Positions 37,878 to 52,301 of a stretch of DNA of 64,000 nt are shown one piece after another. Below the pieces are notes generated by a model, which searched no databases, was not told the DNA's origin, and saw only the letters and a list, made by a program, of their open reading frames with translations. Origin of the DNA: Cirrosporium novae-zelandiae (lineage: Eukaryota); NCBI GenBank assembly GCA_026023565.1, contig JAPETS010000007.1, forward strand, positions 1-64,000. Reading direction: 5' to 3'. The translations under genes and the position numbers were made by a program. Each line of letters starts with the position of its first letter. Positions within the stretch are counted from its first letter, which is position 1.

Positions 37878-40800
37878 AGCATTATTATGAACGGCAACCA
37901 TTCCGGAATGGTCTAGTTTCTCATAAATATGCTCTGGGTATTTATGAGAAGCAAACTGCACATATTATCACGTTCGACAGTTTTCATCAAGAAACTTCTT
38001 GATATCTCTCGAACCATCTTTCTCGGAATTGTACAGCGGCACCGAGGCGTCTGGAACGACTCATTGGAATGGCTGCATCAGCACATGATGGATGACGGTC
38101 TGGGGTTTGGGCTTAATCTTAGTCATAACAATGGCGCGAACGGAGCATCAATTTTTTGTCAGGGATTTTTTGTTGTAGGGTCATCGATAGAGGAGTTTAT
38201 TCTGGGTTACAATCAACAATCATTGGTCGACCAAAGTACATGAAAATATCCTACGCCAAAGAGTTGGGTTTATCAATTGTGGTCAGTTAATAGGTTGATA
38301 TTGTTGTTATGGGGAAGCAGGGAGAGGTCTGACCATTGAAGTAGGTGGACATAAGGTAGTTATCTGCGTATGGGTAGAATATAACACAACTTAATGACAA
38401 AAATTTATCATTCAACCTGGTGATTGTGGCCTAGTTTCTCTCAGTTTCTCTCAGTAATTGGAAACCCATGGTAAGCGTGCCTTTCTAACTCAATGACCGT
38501 TAGTTAGGGTTAGCTATATGTATGTAAGATAAGAGGGCCAGGTAGGTAGGCTAAATTAACAATGCCATTATTGATTCTCCAACTTCGGTATATAATCTCC
38601 AAAGGCTATGTATATACTCAGAAGAAAGCGAGCCATGCTTTGTTTGTGAGTTTTGTGAGCTTTATGAGTGAAGTGGAGTAGGCTTGTGTCTAGTTCGGTC
38701 TGGTTCAGAAATAGAGGACCCCTTGTTCGAGATTGAGATTTGAGAGTGATACTTTGATACTTTGGGTATTTGAGTATAGAACGTCTGATGAAGGCTTCTA
38801 TACTTCACTTCATTTCCACTTCCCTCAATTCGGAATTTCAAAATTTCCCTTTGTTATTTATCCATCCATCTATTCATCCATTTATCTCTTCCATCTATCT
38901 ATCTCTTCTTCTTTCGCCTACGAGCGAGCTAGTATATGCACCCACCTATCTATCTTATGCCTAGCTAGCTAGCTGCTCCTTAAATATTTATTATAACAAT
39001 AACAATAATATTCGTTGTGAATAAGTGAATGAAAGGAAGAAAGAAAGGGGTTGGATTGGATTGGATTGGATATGTATATTTCCGTAGAGGGTTGATTGAT
39101 TAGAGGATATAAAGTGTTGAATATCTAACCGCGTCAAGACATTTATTCATCCCACCACAAGCCAGGAGGAGGAAACCTGAACGTGAACTAGAATCGATAT
39201 ATTTTATATTTCGTGTACATGCGTGTGTGCCATGGCTTTTGATACCCACGAATGAATAATTAAATAAATAAACATCCCCCATTCCATTTCATCACCATCA
39301 ACAAGCTTTACTTTTCTTTGCTTCACTTTTATCCGTCCGTTCTTTACGCAGACCCAGACCCAGACCCAGACCCAGACCTCCTCTAACCTCTAATAATGGG
39401 AATGAGAATAGGAACGGGAACGGGAATACTCTTTTTTAAAGGGATTTTTGAATCTTGAACTTGGGTCTTAGGGGGGGTATAAGGGGATATAAAATATAAA
39501 CTACATACAGTACCTACATACTCTCATATGTTCATATTATATAATACTAGTAGTTTTTTTTAACTCAACTCAATTCAACTCAGCTCAGCTCAGTAACACC
39601 CAGACCCAGATCCAGACCCAGTTCGACCTTTTTGATAAATTTGATAATGATGGAGTGTATGGATGCGTGAGTGTATGAGTTCGTGTTGTGTGTATGGTGT
39701 ATATGTTTTGCTTTGGGTTTGGGGGTCTGGATTTTGAATTTTGCTTTTTTTTCAGGAGTGTTGGTAGGGATTATTAGGGGAACTTACGGGCTTGCACAGC
39801 ATAGTACGCATGGTATTTGTACAGTACAGTACAGTATAGTACAAAAGCACATTCAAACCCCTGAATAGAAAAAAGTAGACGTAGGAGGCGCGAGACATGA
39901 GATATTAGTAGTGATAGTGGTACTAGCGAACATATATGCTATGTGATATATATAATAGGTATGGATAAAGGTAAAGTTCTAAAGGGATATAAAAAAGAAA
40001 GAGGGGGAAATATAGGTGGGGACGTAAAGGTAAAGGGAGGTTGGTTGGAGATGCATATGTATTTATTTTATTGTAAGTACCTAGGCAAGTAAACTTTATA
40101 TTGTTATTATTATTTACCTAGGTACGTTAAAAAGGAGTCGAGTTTGATTGTTTAGATAAATAGATGGACAAGTACAGTAGATAAAAAAGAGAGATGTCAG
40201 TCATAGTCTAGGAGTTGGATGTTTTTCACCCAATTGATTAGCTGACTAATAACAACCCCACTTAACGCTTAACTGACATACCTTCTTCTTCTCTCCATCC
40301 TTTTCTCAATACCAAAGTATATTTTCTCTAAACCATCAAGAAAAAAAAAAAAAAAAAGAGAAATGCTTTTTGGGGAATTTTATACATGTAATAAATATAC
40401 ATTTTTCTTCTTCTCTCTCCCTCTCTTCTTTATCATGGTAGGTAATTAAATAATAGGAACCTCTGAGAAACACAACAAACCAAACATAGCAAACAATAAT
40501 AGAAGTATAAAACCAAAAGAAACATACATAGGCACGTGCTAGGTAGCAAAATTGATACGCAACAGTATTATATGTATAATTATCATTAATTATTATCAAC
40601 ATCAACTACCCTTTACTTACGTACTTTCCTCTCTCTCCTCTCCTCTTACCCATATATTTTTTTTTTCGCCCCTCCCCTTCTACAAGAAAGAATAATAACT
40701 CCAAAAGCCTCAAATCGCCCATTCCATTCCATCCAGAACATAGCTATATGCATGTATGTATACGTGTGTACATGTACAGTAACATCCATTAAACCCCCCC

Positions 40801-43800
40801 ATTTATTTCCCCTCTCATAATATACATGCACTGCCACAACACAACTGCCACACCACACCAACCACAACTTAACAACAATTCACCACCTACCTAGGTAACT
40901 ATCGCACGCACGCACCACACACACATACACAGCCACAAAACGAAGATCATCATATCCACTATCTACCATTGGGGAACAGAAACGAAAAAAAAGCAAAAAG
41001 TTAAAAAAAGAATGATCGGCATTTAAAACATGGTCTGACGTTTTTTTCTGTGGGTTCGTGCGGATTTTTTGGAAATAGAAAGGAGGTTTTTCTTTTTTTT
41101 TTTTGGTTCAGATGCGTTGGAAGTAGAGGCTTTCTTCTTCTCAGGGGATGGGGGAGATGATGTGGGAGGGTTTGTGTTAGGTTAAGTAGGTGGCTAGGTA
41201 GGTAGGGAGGTAGGGCTCTTGGGAGGGTTTTTCTTTTTTGACAAGGCTTTTCGGAAAGGTAGGCCGTTGTGGATGTTGTGGATGCTGTGGATGAATGTAT
41301 GTATGTACCTACCATAGTAGGAAAGGGGGCAGGGCGAAGATGAAGGGTTCGAGGGTTCGGGGGATGGGAGTGGGGGGGAACCGGATAAGTTTACATTGGT
41401 TTTACCTTTTTCCCTTCTGTCGATCTTCGTGCTTAATAGTGGAGAGCCATGGGGATGGGAGGGAAAGCATGTCATGTACTGTGTACTTTTGGGACTTTTG
41501 GGTGTTTTTGGCATGTTGACATGCGTTTTAACCTATCATGTACCTTATACTTTCGAGGTCTCTGCATGAGCAAACCATTAAGCTTAGACAACCGGAAGGG
41601 AGGGGGGGGAGGGGATAGGGAAGAATCAGCCTAATAGTTTACCGTGGTGCTTGGTACATGTACATGGTAAGTAGAATTGTTTTAGTTCATTCGCTGCAGG
41701 TGCAGGTGCAGGCTATCTGGGACAAAATCTTTTCTTCTTTTTTCTTCGAATCGGTAGTTCGTAGTTGATTGGTCGGAAAGGGAACGTTTTCTTTGAGAGA
41801 CAATACGGATAGGCCAGAAGGAAAGTCCCTTGACCCATGGGATGAATAAGAAGGAAGATCAATCGAATACTTTCAATACTACTTAAACATGGATGTGTAT
41901 TCGTAAATAGCACACAGTACATTAATGGAATGATGATGGGGTTGGAGATGCCGTCGATCATGACATAGTTTCATCTCATCTCACTTTTACTCGAGTACAT
42001 GCGTTCGGTCTTTGCGTTCCCCGAGACATTTTTGCTTGGTTTTTGACCCTTTCTTCCTCCCAACTGCAAGTGAGATGCTTTACCTTGACTGGTTGTTGGT
42101 ATTGGGTTGGTGGTTTGATAAATGACGATGAACAGGTCATCTTTCTAAGTTCAGATAAAAAAGAACCCAAGATAACTCCACAGGGTGTGTGCCTGAATCA
42201 TCCCCAATTATAATCCAAGCACTTGTACTGTAGTATGACAGCAGAGGTACAACAGAGGTACATTTGAATCTCAGGGTCCAAAAAGAGCATGCGACGGAAG
42301 CTCTTCCCTACCTGGCCCTGTGGATGCATGTGTGTGTTGTGCTCTACTAATATATTAATAAGTAATTTAGGCCCCGAAAAAGGAAAAAATACCGTTTACT
42401 TCCGGATCGGCACTGCAGGGACGACCCTAAAGGTCAGTGACAGCGAAAGGCATGACGATGATAAAAACAAAATCCCTTTTTGTGGGTAAAGGGAAAAAAA
42501 AAAGGGAAGGTAGCAATAAATGAATATTGGCCCCTCGGGGGTTTTGACCTGATGAAGAAGTTTTTGAGAATGATTTCGAAGGCGGTCAATTGATTCGAAG
42601 AAGCCGAAGTAATGCCTTTCTTCTAACTATGAAAACAATAAAAAAAACCAAAAAAAAAAAAAACAAAACAGAAAAAAAAAGTAGTCTCAGACGTCATAGT
42701 GCGGGGACCAAGAAACAATAGCATAGGATTTAATGGATTCATGGTTCGGAGATGAATACCTCCTATGGGCTATCATGTAATCTTTTTCAGGCACCACATA
42801 CATCCCATCCTTACAAGGCAGAAGATTATTATAGAATATATTTGCCACCCAAAATCTTTGGACCTCTCCTGCAGCCGAGACAATAATAATTACCCCCAAT
42901 TGATGATTCCCAAAATGTGTCAAAAGGAATTGGTGGGGCTATTTTATCCATCTTTTTCGCCACAATGACAAAAGATAATTTACCCACAAAATTGCCCCTG
43001 TCCCAAATCTCCAATAGTTTCAACAATAGTTCCGGCGGACGAAGAATGAAATGAACTTGATACGATACGTCCACTTGGAAAGAATAGAAAGAAGAGAAAA
43101 AACCAAAAAAAAAAAAAAAAAACTTCGATACCAAATCCGGACCAATTCGTCATCGGTATCTCTTAGCGAACTTAGCGAATTTAGCGGCCAAAGTTTCTAA
43201 CGCCACAGCGATTTGTGGCGTAGTGTCCGAAAGTCGATTGACTTTCGAATCCTTTATTCTCCATACCCCCCAACTCCCCCCCCTTCCCCAAGTCTTGCTG
43301 CTTTTAACTCTGATTCTCTGACGTTACTAAAACACAAGTATCTCCGTTAGAGCGATCATCGTAACTAAAAAAGTATCCCAAGTGGTAAACCTAATACAAT
43401 CCTGGTATGTGGCTACTGTGGCGTAGACTTTGTGGCTCGAACGTCCCACGATGCTGTCGTTCCCGCATTCCTTAGCCAATCTTCTTTCCCACGGACCATC
43501 ACCCGCCCAACCGACCATGGGAAGAATCTCATCTGATCGAACCAGAATTGACAGAGATCGCATGTTGGGATTTTTGAGATACAACCAACCCTTTGTGCCC
43601 TTGTCTTCTGTATATTGAGTTTTCATCTTCTGGGTACTTTCTAAGTTGATGCCTAAGGGACAAGAGAGAATGGAAAGATCTGCATTCGGCGTCGCGCGTC
43701 TCCTTCCAGTCACCTGTTGCAAAGATTGCCCTACTGCGAACTTCAGCTGGCAAAGGTGCTCTTGAATATGCATGCTACATAGCCTTAATTTCATACGTTG

Positions 43801-44899
43801 GCTGCGTGGGCTGCGTGGTCTGTACCTGAGCAATCCATGGACCACCAGCTACGCTGGGCTACGCGGGGCTACATCTGTTCTGTCATTATCCAACTGTCAA
43901 CTTACCCTCCGAAGGTCCAGTAGATATAGGCACTACAGTCACAAGCCTCGTTGTGGCTCCTGGTATGACCTTGCACACGGGAGGGCCGAAGGTGTGACTG
44001 GGGGTTGTTGTCACAAAGTAAGCTATAAAAGATGCATTCCACGGCCCTGATTGGTCGGCCGCACGTTTTGTGGCAGCGAACGGGGAGGATTGACATTTGA
44101 CAATGAGATTGAAGGTTTCAGAAAGCGGCGGGGGACGGGGACACACAGTGATCCTGTGGCGCCACGTTGGAACATTGGAATTCGAACGGTGTATCGGTGT
44201 GCCTCCAGAAACAGTACTTAGGGTAGTAAAAGTTCATTTTCCGTTGCATTTGGTTAACTAACCGTTATAGCGTTATTCTTATTAAAATCTGGTAATCATT
44301 GCTTGGGGGGTTATTTGCTGCTCTCACGACAAACGACAATCCGATGGGGTATCTAAAGCTAGATAGTTTGACATTATAGCAAGAGATGCAAGACAAACCG
44401 AAAGAAAAGAAAATATACAACATTTGAGTATGTGCAAAGTAACCGAATGCGACGGGTTTCATGTGCCACGCCTAGTCAAAACGACCACGCTATAAGAACC
44501 AATTAAGATATAGAAGAAAGGTATCGATGTCGTATGCTTCGTGTTCGTAAATTCGTCGCCGTGAGACTCGTGTATCATCTCGGGTCAACCCTATAAGAAA
44601 TCTCCCCCTCGCCCTAAAGGGCCTTGCCACCAATAAAAACCCAACCGATATTGAGAGATGATGCCGTTTATGGCGCCTGCGGGTACCTGAGCTGGCTATC
44701 ACTTGCACCAAAAAACATTTTAACAGAGATGAAGCAGATGGAATAGATAGGCCCGAACCAAAAAGAATTAAATGATCAGAAACAGCTGGATCAAGGACGT
44801 TAACGAAGAGAGTGTATAAAAAAATTCCCTCACTATTATCGTCCAAGGCTCTGGTAGGAAGGGTATCATAAACACAACTTGCATAAATCCACAAAAGAA

Positions 44900-47678
44900 T
44901 TAATAAATTAGCTTCATCTCTACCCCAGTTTCAGTCGAAATGTCCATTGTATCGACGTCGGACTTGGACTGCACACCACAAGGGCTTCCTTCCCATTCAT
45001 TTTTCACAGGTTGATTCTGTTGTATATCGGAAAATTCAACAATCATGTCTTGTCCTTCAGGTAGAAGGCGAACGACCTCCTCGTCAACGACAATCTTGAT
45101 GCCCTTCGGGTTGATCCGGGTCACTCGAGTCACTCTAGCTGGTTCCATGGAGGATTTTGACGCGATACCGTGCACGAGCTCTTGTACCGAGCGCCGCATT
45201 AAGTATACCGCACGATAGTAATCATTCTCGGCATAGTCTTTCCCAGGTATTTTGATCAGTACGTAGATGCAAGCGACTGTAGACGGTTAACATGAATTTT
45301 CGGGATAGTCAACGGGTTTAGGTTGATCTTACCTGGCTTTAGCATTTTTTGGGTTGGGGGTTTGTAATTGGAGTCTACGCCAAGCGCTTCAATCCATCCA
45401 CTTAATGCCCCCATACCATCCCCCTTTTGCACTTTGACAGGAGCGTCTACGCTGCTTACAGAGTGCTGGAGAGGGGTAGTCTTTCGTTCGACCGAAGATG
45501 AAGATAATTGATAATTGGCCCACTGTTCGGATCCTTGCCGGGCAACATTAAATGGTACAGCTTGATGGAACAAGCCAGATTGTCGTTCAGAACCCTTTGT
45601 TTGAGACACAAGAGACAGGGAACTTGGTGTAGGCGAGACAATATTGGAGGTATTTGATGTCGTATCGTCTGTACTTGGTTTCTGTTCCCAAGATTGAGTG
45701 CGACTAATTGATTCCATCGGACCCACATCTTGTTGTTCAATCGATAATTGGACAGGATGAAGATCTGGATCATCTAGCTCGTCTCCTTTGAGGTACAACA
45801 CACTTACAGGGTGAGTCGATGTAAACATGTCTTGCATGGTAAGGAGTTTCATATGTAAATCTTCCTCAACAAAGGCTCTACCACCACCGGTAGAGCTCTG
45901 AGAGGAAACAGACCAGGTCCTTTTGTGCTTCTGGACTTTCCCGGGCCTTGAAGTAGCGATTGGTTTGCTAGTTATGGAGCCACTTCGTTTTCGTTTGCCG
46001 AAATCCCTCATTCCTGATTCTACCTGAGTGATTTGTTGCTTTAGTTTGTCGATGGTCTTCTTGACGTGAGCAACATCATTGGTGAGCTTTCTTTCTGCAC
46101 CATGATCTCTAAAGAGTTTCACCTTGCAGTAACATATCTCGGTGGTAGGGTTTGAATCGGGAGATAAGCCTGGTCCTCCTGATAAAATCTGGGTTTTGGC
46201 ACAAAGGCGAACAGGTATTCCTTTAACACCCTTAGAATGACTGAAATCGGTGGATAAAAAATTGAATCGAACAGCGACATTATAGTCTACCGTTCCGGAA
46301 GTAGAATTCGGGGACCATATGACGGAAAAGCCATCGAAAGATGAGCTTTCCAACTCGACACGAGGTTTGCGAGTCTCGTCATCCCCTCCCTGGTTCTGCT
46401 CCACGTACTCAACAGCCTGAAGTTTGCCACCTCGCTGGTGAGCTTCATTACTGCCTCGGCCTTCCTTCCATAGCTGCCAACATTGAGAAGGCCTTTGTCG
46501 TTGCTGCTCGTCCTCGAACGATACCCGGATAAAAGTTCGATACTTGAGAGGTTCTGGTCCAGGCGGTGGAGGTGATTTATCGATAACGGAAATTGAGTAG
46601 GCTTGACCTTTATTTAGATAAGTAACTGGAACTTCATCTGAATGTTTAATCATTGCTGTTGGGGCATTCAGAGTCACGTGGTAACGGAACCTTAGAGTCA
46701 TTAGCTGAGCACACTATAATATTAACGATGAAGCTCATTCGGAATACATACTTGTCAAAAGAAGGCAGCGACGAAGACATGGTAGTGTCAGCTTGTCCAG
46801 TCTGCATTATAACACCAGAATCTCGGTGTACCACCGATGGCGGAACGTTGAGGTCCTTCTGAGGAGAGGCCTCCTCCGGGGGTCGATCGGTAGCACTATA
46901 ACCCGAATCCTGGTGAAATAAAGAAGTAGGCGCAAATGCTGGTGGCTGGAGAAAAACATTCTGAGGATGAAATTGAGCAGGTGGTAGATATGGTGATTGG
47001 AAATTATGTAAATCCATGGAAGAGCCTGGATGAAGCACATTCTCTGTATGTGGAAGCGAGAGTGGAGTATGAATGCTCATCCCTAATGTTGGAGTATGAA
47101 GATCTCCAGCCTGAGGATGATAAATAGTATTGTAGCCTCCCGGGGTAGGGGTATAATATCCTGGAGGTTGGTTTGCGAAAGCACTAAAGGCAAATGAATT
47201 CGGATCCAGCAACGACGGCGTCAGACGCCAAGTATCATGAAGAACTCGTGGTGTAGCATCGTCCAGTTTCAAATCCTCCTGATCCCCGAAAGGTCTGTTA
47301 ATGAAATATAAAGAACATTAGCACATGCCTAGGAAGGCATAACTATCATTCCTTGGTGGAATGGGGCCATGTCCGATATAAAAATGGGTAGCGCGCAGTG
47401 GGTTGGGGGCCACATACCGCTGGTCTACAGCCGCATCCTTCAAAGAATCTACTACTGGCGGAATCAAGTCCTCGGCGGGGGAGGATACTGCTGCTCCGCG
47501 TGTAACTTCGGGGAAATTCTGTCTGAAGGATGTGTAAAAGTCATCGTTAGGCTTTTGGGAATTGTTCCTGTTGGCGCAAAATCAACATAAGACTCGATCG
47601 GGAAGAAGCGACAACAGCGTCGCGAGGAACTGTGGCGCAAAGTACCACGATGGCTCAGGCATACCGATTGCGAAACAT
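44900..47678 (-). CDS. grhl: Grainyhead/CP2-like transcription factor
   Basis: CP2 DNA-binding domain (VTYLNKGQAY, FNFLSTDFSHSKGVKGIPVRLCAKT, CKVKLFRDHGAERK). First micro-exon ATGTTTCGCAATCG|gtatgc gives MFRNRNNSQKP; last exon YYRAVYLMRRSV...LLPEGQDMIVEF. Confidence 0.93.
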
Positions 47679-50600
47679 TTGGATATCTTCGACTGCTCAA
47701 GAGTCGTGTTATGTTGGCGACATATAGAGATTTATATTCTGCAGGGTTTTGGAAGAGAGGTTCGTCGAAAGCTCGTTGGCGCAAATTATGGGGAATGGGG
47801 GAAAATGTAAAGTTGTTATATTTGTTGTGGTTATGGATATGGTTGAAGATGAGGTTGAGATTGGGGTCATGGATGAAAATGTGGGGAGGAAAGTGGAAGT
47901 ACGAACAAGAGAAAGTAGTGATTTGGAATAAGCATCGCCAGAGGAACAGAGGAGGAGTTATGATAAAATAAAATCGCGAGCGGTGCAAAATAGTCAATAC
48001 ACCTCAAGACTGACTAGTAGCGGCAAGATGGCATCTGAGACCAGGGCTTCGTAAGTACACAAGTGTAGTTTAGGTACCTAGGTAGTTTAGGTAGGTAGTT
48101 AGGTACAGTAAGGTGTAAGTAAGTAGACGGTACATAATAATTATTACTTAGTACATTAGTCTCATTAAGGCACTACTGTATTTCTCAGGCAAGGATAACA
48201 AGGATAACAAGGATTTATTTCAGTTACTTACCCTCCCCCCCCTACCCCCCCTGATAACTGTCTGTCCTTTAAGTGAAAAAGCGGCAAGCATGAAATGGCG
48301 TAAAGATCGAGCCCAATCTCTTAATCTCTACCAAACCTAGTTCAGTTAGTTTCCAAAATTCCCATTCCATTACCTATAGATTATCTGCTACCTAAAAAGT
48401 CTAGTATATGTATTGAATTATTACATGTGTGTGAGAGGGAGAAAGAGGAAAAGAGAGAGAGAAAAAGAGAGGGAGTGTGTGTGTGTGCGTGTGTGCGTGT
48501 GTGCGCGTGTGTAACGGTTGCTGGATGTTGACCCAAGTTTGACCCAAGTCGACCCCCCAACGCCACAGTAAAAAGGACAGGCACCCCAGGCACCCCAGGT
48601 ACAGGGTATACTCGAGTAGGCATCATTATCACATTATCAGCCACAGATTGACCTCATTTGATCTTCCACCGATGAAAATAATTCAAACACCGGAATCATA
48701 ATCCGAATTAGACTCTACACATCCGTACCTTACTCTCTCTACCTCCTCCAAGAACTTTCTCTAGCCTTTCTTTTCTACCACATGTCCGAATGATATCTTT
48801 CTACCAAACACTCCTCCTCCTAAAGTAATTCTACCCCTGTGCCCTCCCCTTCCCTCTCCTCAACACACAAAGTAACCTCGGTGTCACCGTCTTTCGAAAA
48901 TGCACAGCCACACCTTTATCCCATCAATTCGGTTATGGCGGATCTGAATTTCTAAGTAATTAGGTAGACTGCCTCTCGCTACTCGAGTACTCCCCCCATC
49001 GCTTTCTTCGCCGCCCAAACTTACTTTCTTGCGCAAGACCACCTTTGATAATCACGACAGTCTACTAAGCACCCTATTTTCTCCTATTCTACGGTTGGTA
49101 CAAAACTATATTCAACCATGTGCCTATCCACGCGCTGGAGCACTCGACTTTGTCTTTCACCACTGCAGTCAATCAATCCATGGCTATGCAAAGTAAACCT
49201 TAATAATCGCGTATCCTCTCCTTGCTCTCCTTAAATCTCCTCACTCTCCTAAACACCTGATCTTTATATGGTACTTTACATCATTTCATTTTATCATCTA
49301 CAACAAATCAGTCGACTCCAGCATGTCATCAACGCTTTTGTATACTGCTAAAGCTTCTTGATGATTTCTCCATGGCAAGCAGATCCAAAGTATTATTCTG
49401 ATTGAGTATCTAACAACCCTAACGTCCTATGTGGAGAATTTGAATTTGCCATTGGTACTCATCTCTATTCTAGTACATCTTTAAATGTTTATCTAACCCC
49501 TGACCTTCAAGGTTATCAAGTGCCATCCGTCTTAGCACACATCGTGATAGACCTCCCAATACAAGTCCTAGACCGATCCCATAGTCTTAGATTACAATAA
49601 ATTAAGCCGAATTATCTGCTGAGGGCTCTTGTAATCAGTGGACATGGATATTCCAATTGTACTGGAATCCCTTCAATAATTATAAAAACCCTGATAAACT
49701 TCTGCCCTCCCCATCTCAACCTAAGCTCAACCTAAGCTCAACCTATGGAAGATTGAGGATTACGGATTCGTTATGGTCCCATAATGGCTCAAGTATCCTT
49801 CTTAGATCCCGTGGAAGTGGAAGGCATATCGCTGGTCCGAAATAGGTAGTCAGTATCGGGTTAAATTTCCACGGAATTTCCACGGAATTCCGCTCTCCGT
49901 TTCATTATCTGGGCCAAAGAAACTCTGCGGTAATGGATTCCTCTAATTTGTTCCTAGTCGAAACATTGTGACCGTAAAAGGTTATTAGCGTAAAAGGGTC
50001 AGGGAAAAATAGTGATAGTTGATTTGGTGAATTCTAACGGGCAAAAATTGTCACAATAGAAGCACATGATTTCAATGACTCTACTGGTGTTTTAATCGGC
50101 GGCCACGTTAACTGAGATGGCCAGAAACAGCTTTCGAAAATTCTAGCGCGTTCATAACACCAGTATGAAGTACCATTTAACTACTCGGTATGTGCAAACA
50201 TGGGGCCCCACCAGAGGCTGACATGAGCCGGAGCCAAATGGAAAAAAAAAAAGAGTTTAGAATCTCTGTTCGGGATGGGTGAATCTGAAATCTGATCGAC
50301 CAACTTTGCTCTGTGGCTAGAGAAATCATTTCACCACGTGCTTCAGAGCAATACCACCAAATTTTAAAAGGAGAGCTAGCACAAATGGATATATAACCAT
50401 AAAGAAACAGTATGTTATGGAGAGAAAAAAAGAAAATAAATTAGACATTACCAAAAGTGTGTGCCACAGTAATTTGTGTGGGCAAGCCAAGCTTCGAGCT
50501 TAGTTTGTTAGATTATAGCTGCATCTGGGCCACAGGCAAGCCACTTTCGTATTATCGTATGATCTGTCTCTCGATAGTTATTAACATAGACATGTTCTAG

Positions 50601-51443
50601 GATCCTCAATATATGATGACTTTGAGAAAAGAACAGCGAGTACACTCAAAGACTCATTTCCACAAACCGTTTCGAAACATAAAAATCAAATAAAATCATA
50701 AATAGAAATGTATGTTCTTGTAGAAAGTATGAAGCTGGTAATTGCATTGCTGGAGTTGTCTCTTAACTTTGGTCGAAAATCATGGATCGTAAATAATTAC
50801 TTAAGATGTAAAAATGAAGAAGCAAGCCGGCTTTTTATCATCAATAATAACGGGCCTCAGTATCGTAAGCCAAGAGGAGCAGTATCCATTTAATTCTCAT
50901 TGCCCCAGATTTTCAAGTCCGCCATTTGACTTGGCTTGAAGCAATTCTTTGTTACCGGAGGTCGGTCACGTCAGTGCGCTGCTGTTCTGGGCCATGTGGG
51001 CATACATAATTCTAGTGACAAGATAAGATAAGAAGCCGTCTATAATAAGAAGCATTATCTTCAATTGAATTGTGGTTGCCTCCTTGCCTACATACCTAGG
51101 AAAGTTCTTTGTTGGAATAATTAATGAGTAGACGGAAATTTCAAAATTGCTTTTAAAAAGATTTTGTATTTATTTTTCGTTATTATTGATATTTTAATTC
51201 ATTATCCCCTCAGGCATATCATTAAGGTCATCCATAGCTCATGTAGATACACAAATATGGACAGTCACCCCGTCCAGGCATTAAAATATTATATCCCAAG
51301 GTGGATTCCCAGAAAACATGACGCAGTATAGTAACAGTAACATTTTCACGAAGTTCGAGAAGTACGCAACCCAAGTCAATGATATGCGATTTTTTAATCA
51401 AAATAGCAGCCAGTGTAGCTGCTTATGAATCTTTTGATAATAA

Positions 51444-52301
51444 TCATCTTTCCCCTCCATTCAGCTGATTGTTCTGCCCACTCCGACCCATTTCTCCCAA
51501 GTTATCGCTTGTACCTTCACCATATACAGGATTGTTTAGACGACTAGTCGAATCACTGGTAGACCCGTATTGACTGGTTGGGGGCACATCGCTGATAGCT
51601 TCTCGATAATCAGGTGGCTTTGTAATGTCCATGTCCAATATTCTCAGAGGAATAACTTCACTATTTGCTAAGGACGCTTGGCCATCTCTTGTGTACGCTC
51701 TCTCTGGTTCCGCAGGGGTTCGTGGTGGTGTATATGGAGGTGGTGCCTCTCCTCTTTCATTTAATCCTTCCTCCCTATTCCTTCGTACCAAATTCATCCA
51801 TCTCCACCGGTGACCATTACCGTATGTAGGCGGCGGACGATTTTGGACATCTTGAAGGAGAGCCGTGTGGCGAATGGACTGAGAACGCTCGATTTTCAGG
51901 TGCCGTCGGCGCCGAAGATAGAAATATGTAGCCAGAAGTATGGCAATAAGGAGGAATAGGAGAAGGAAATAATAATTAACAATAGTGGTCGTCGTTCGGG
52001 TTTCAGGGTCATCTAGCTCCGAGGCCGGGTTATCGCCCGGATCCGAGGAATGCGATGTTGGTGTAGATGAAGGGCTGGTCTGGAAAGATGTGGAGTTTGG
52101 CTGGGATTGCGTGGCCTTAATGCTTGTTGAAAGAGTAGTTAGGGTTATGGATGGATGGGTTGACGATCTCGTGGAGGTAGTTGTGAGAAGTTGGGCATAC
52201 GAAGATGCAGGGAGAAAGTAATAAAGGAGTAGAAATGGTGAGCTAAGTGATGCAGCTGATTTCGAACAAGAGCACTGGGGAAAGAATGGCAATCGAGCCA
52301 T
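51444..52301 (-). CDS. Single-pass membrane protein with S/T-rich ectodomain and cytosolic PY motifs
   Basis: Hydrophobic N-terminus, S/T-rich region, TM NYYFLLLFLLIAILLATYFYL followed by RRRR, then EGLNERGEAPPPY and KPPDY. Confidence 0.8.
   Translation of the reverse strand: MARLPFFPQCSCSKSAASLSSPFLLLYYFLPASSYAQLLTTTSTRSSTHPSITLTTLSTSIKATQSQPNSTSFQTSPSSTPTSHSSDPGDNPASELDDPETRTTTTIVNYYFLLLFLLIAILLATYFYLRRRRHLKIERSQSIRHTALLQDVQNRPPPTYGNGHRWRWMNLVRRNREEGLNERGEAPPPYTPPRTPAEPERAYTRDGQASLANSEVIPLRILDMDITKPPDYREAISDVPPTSQYGSTSDSTSRLNNPVYGEGTSDNLGEMGRSGQNNQLNGGER

Noticed and set aside
43327..43845. 172-aa minus-strand ORF downstream of grhl
   Set aside because: Non-ATG start, no domain and no supporting splice structure.
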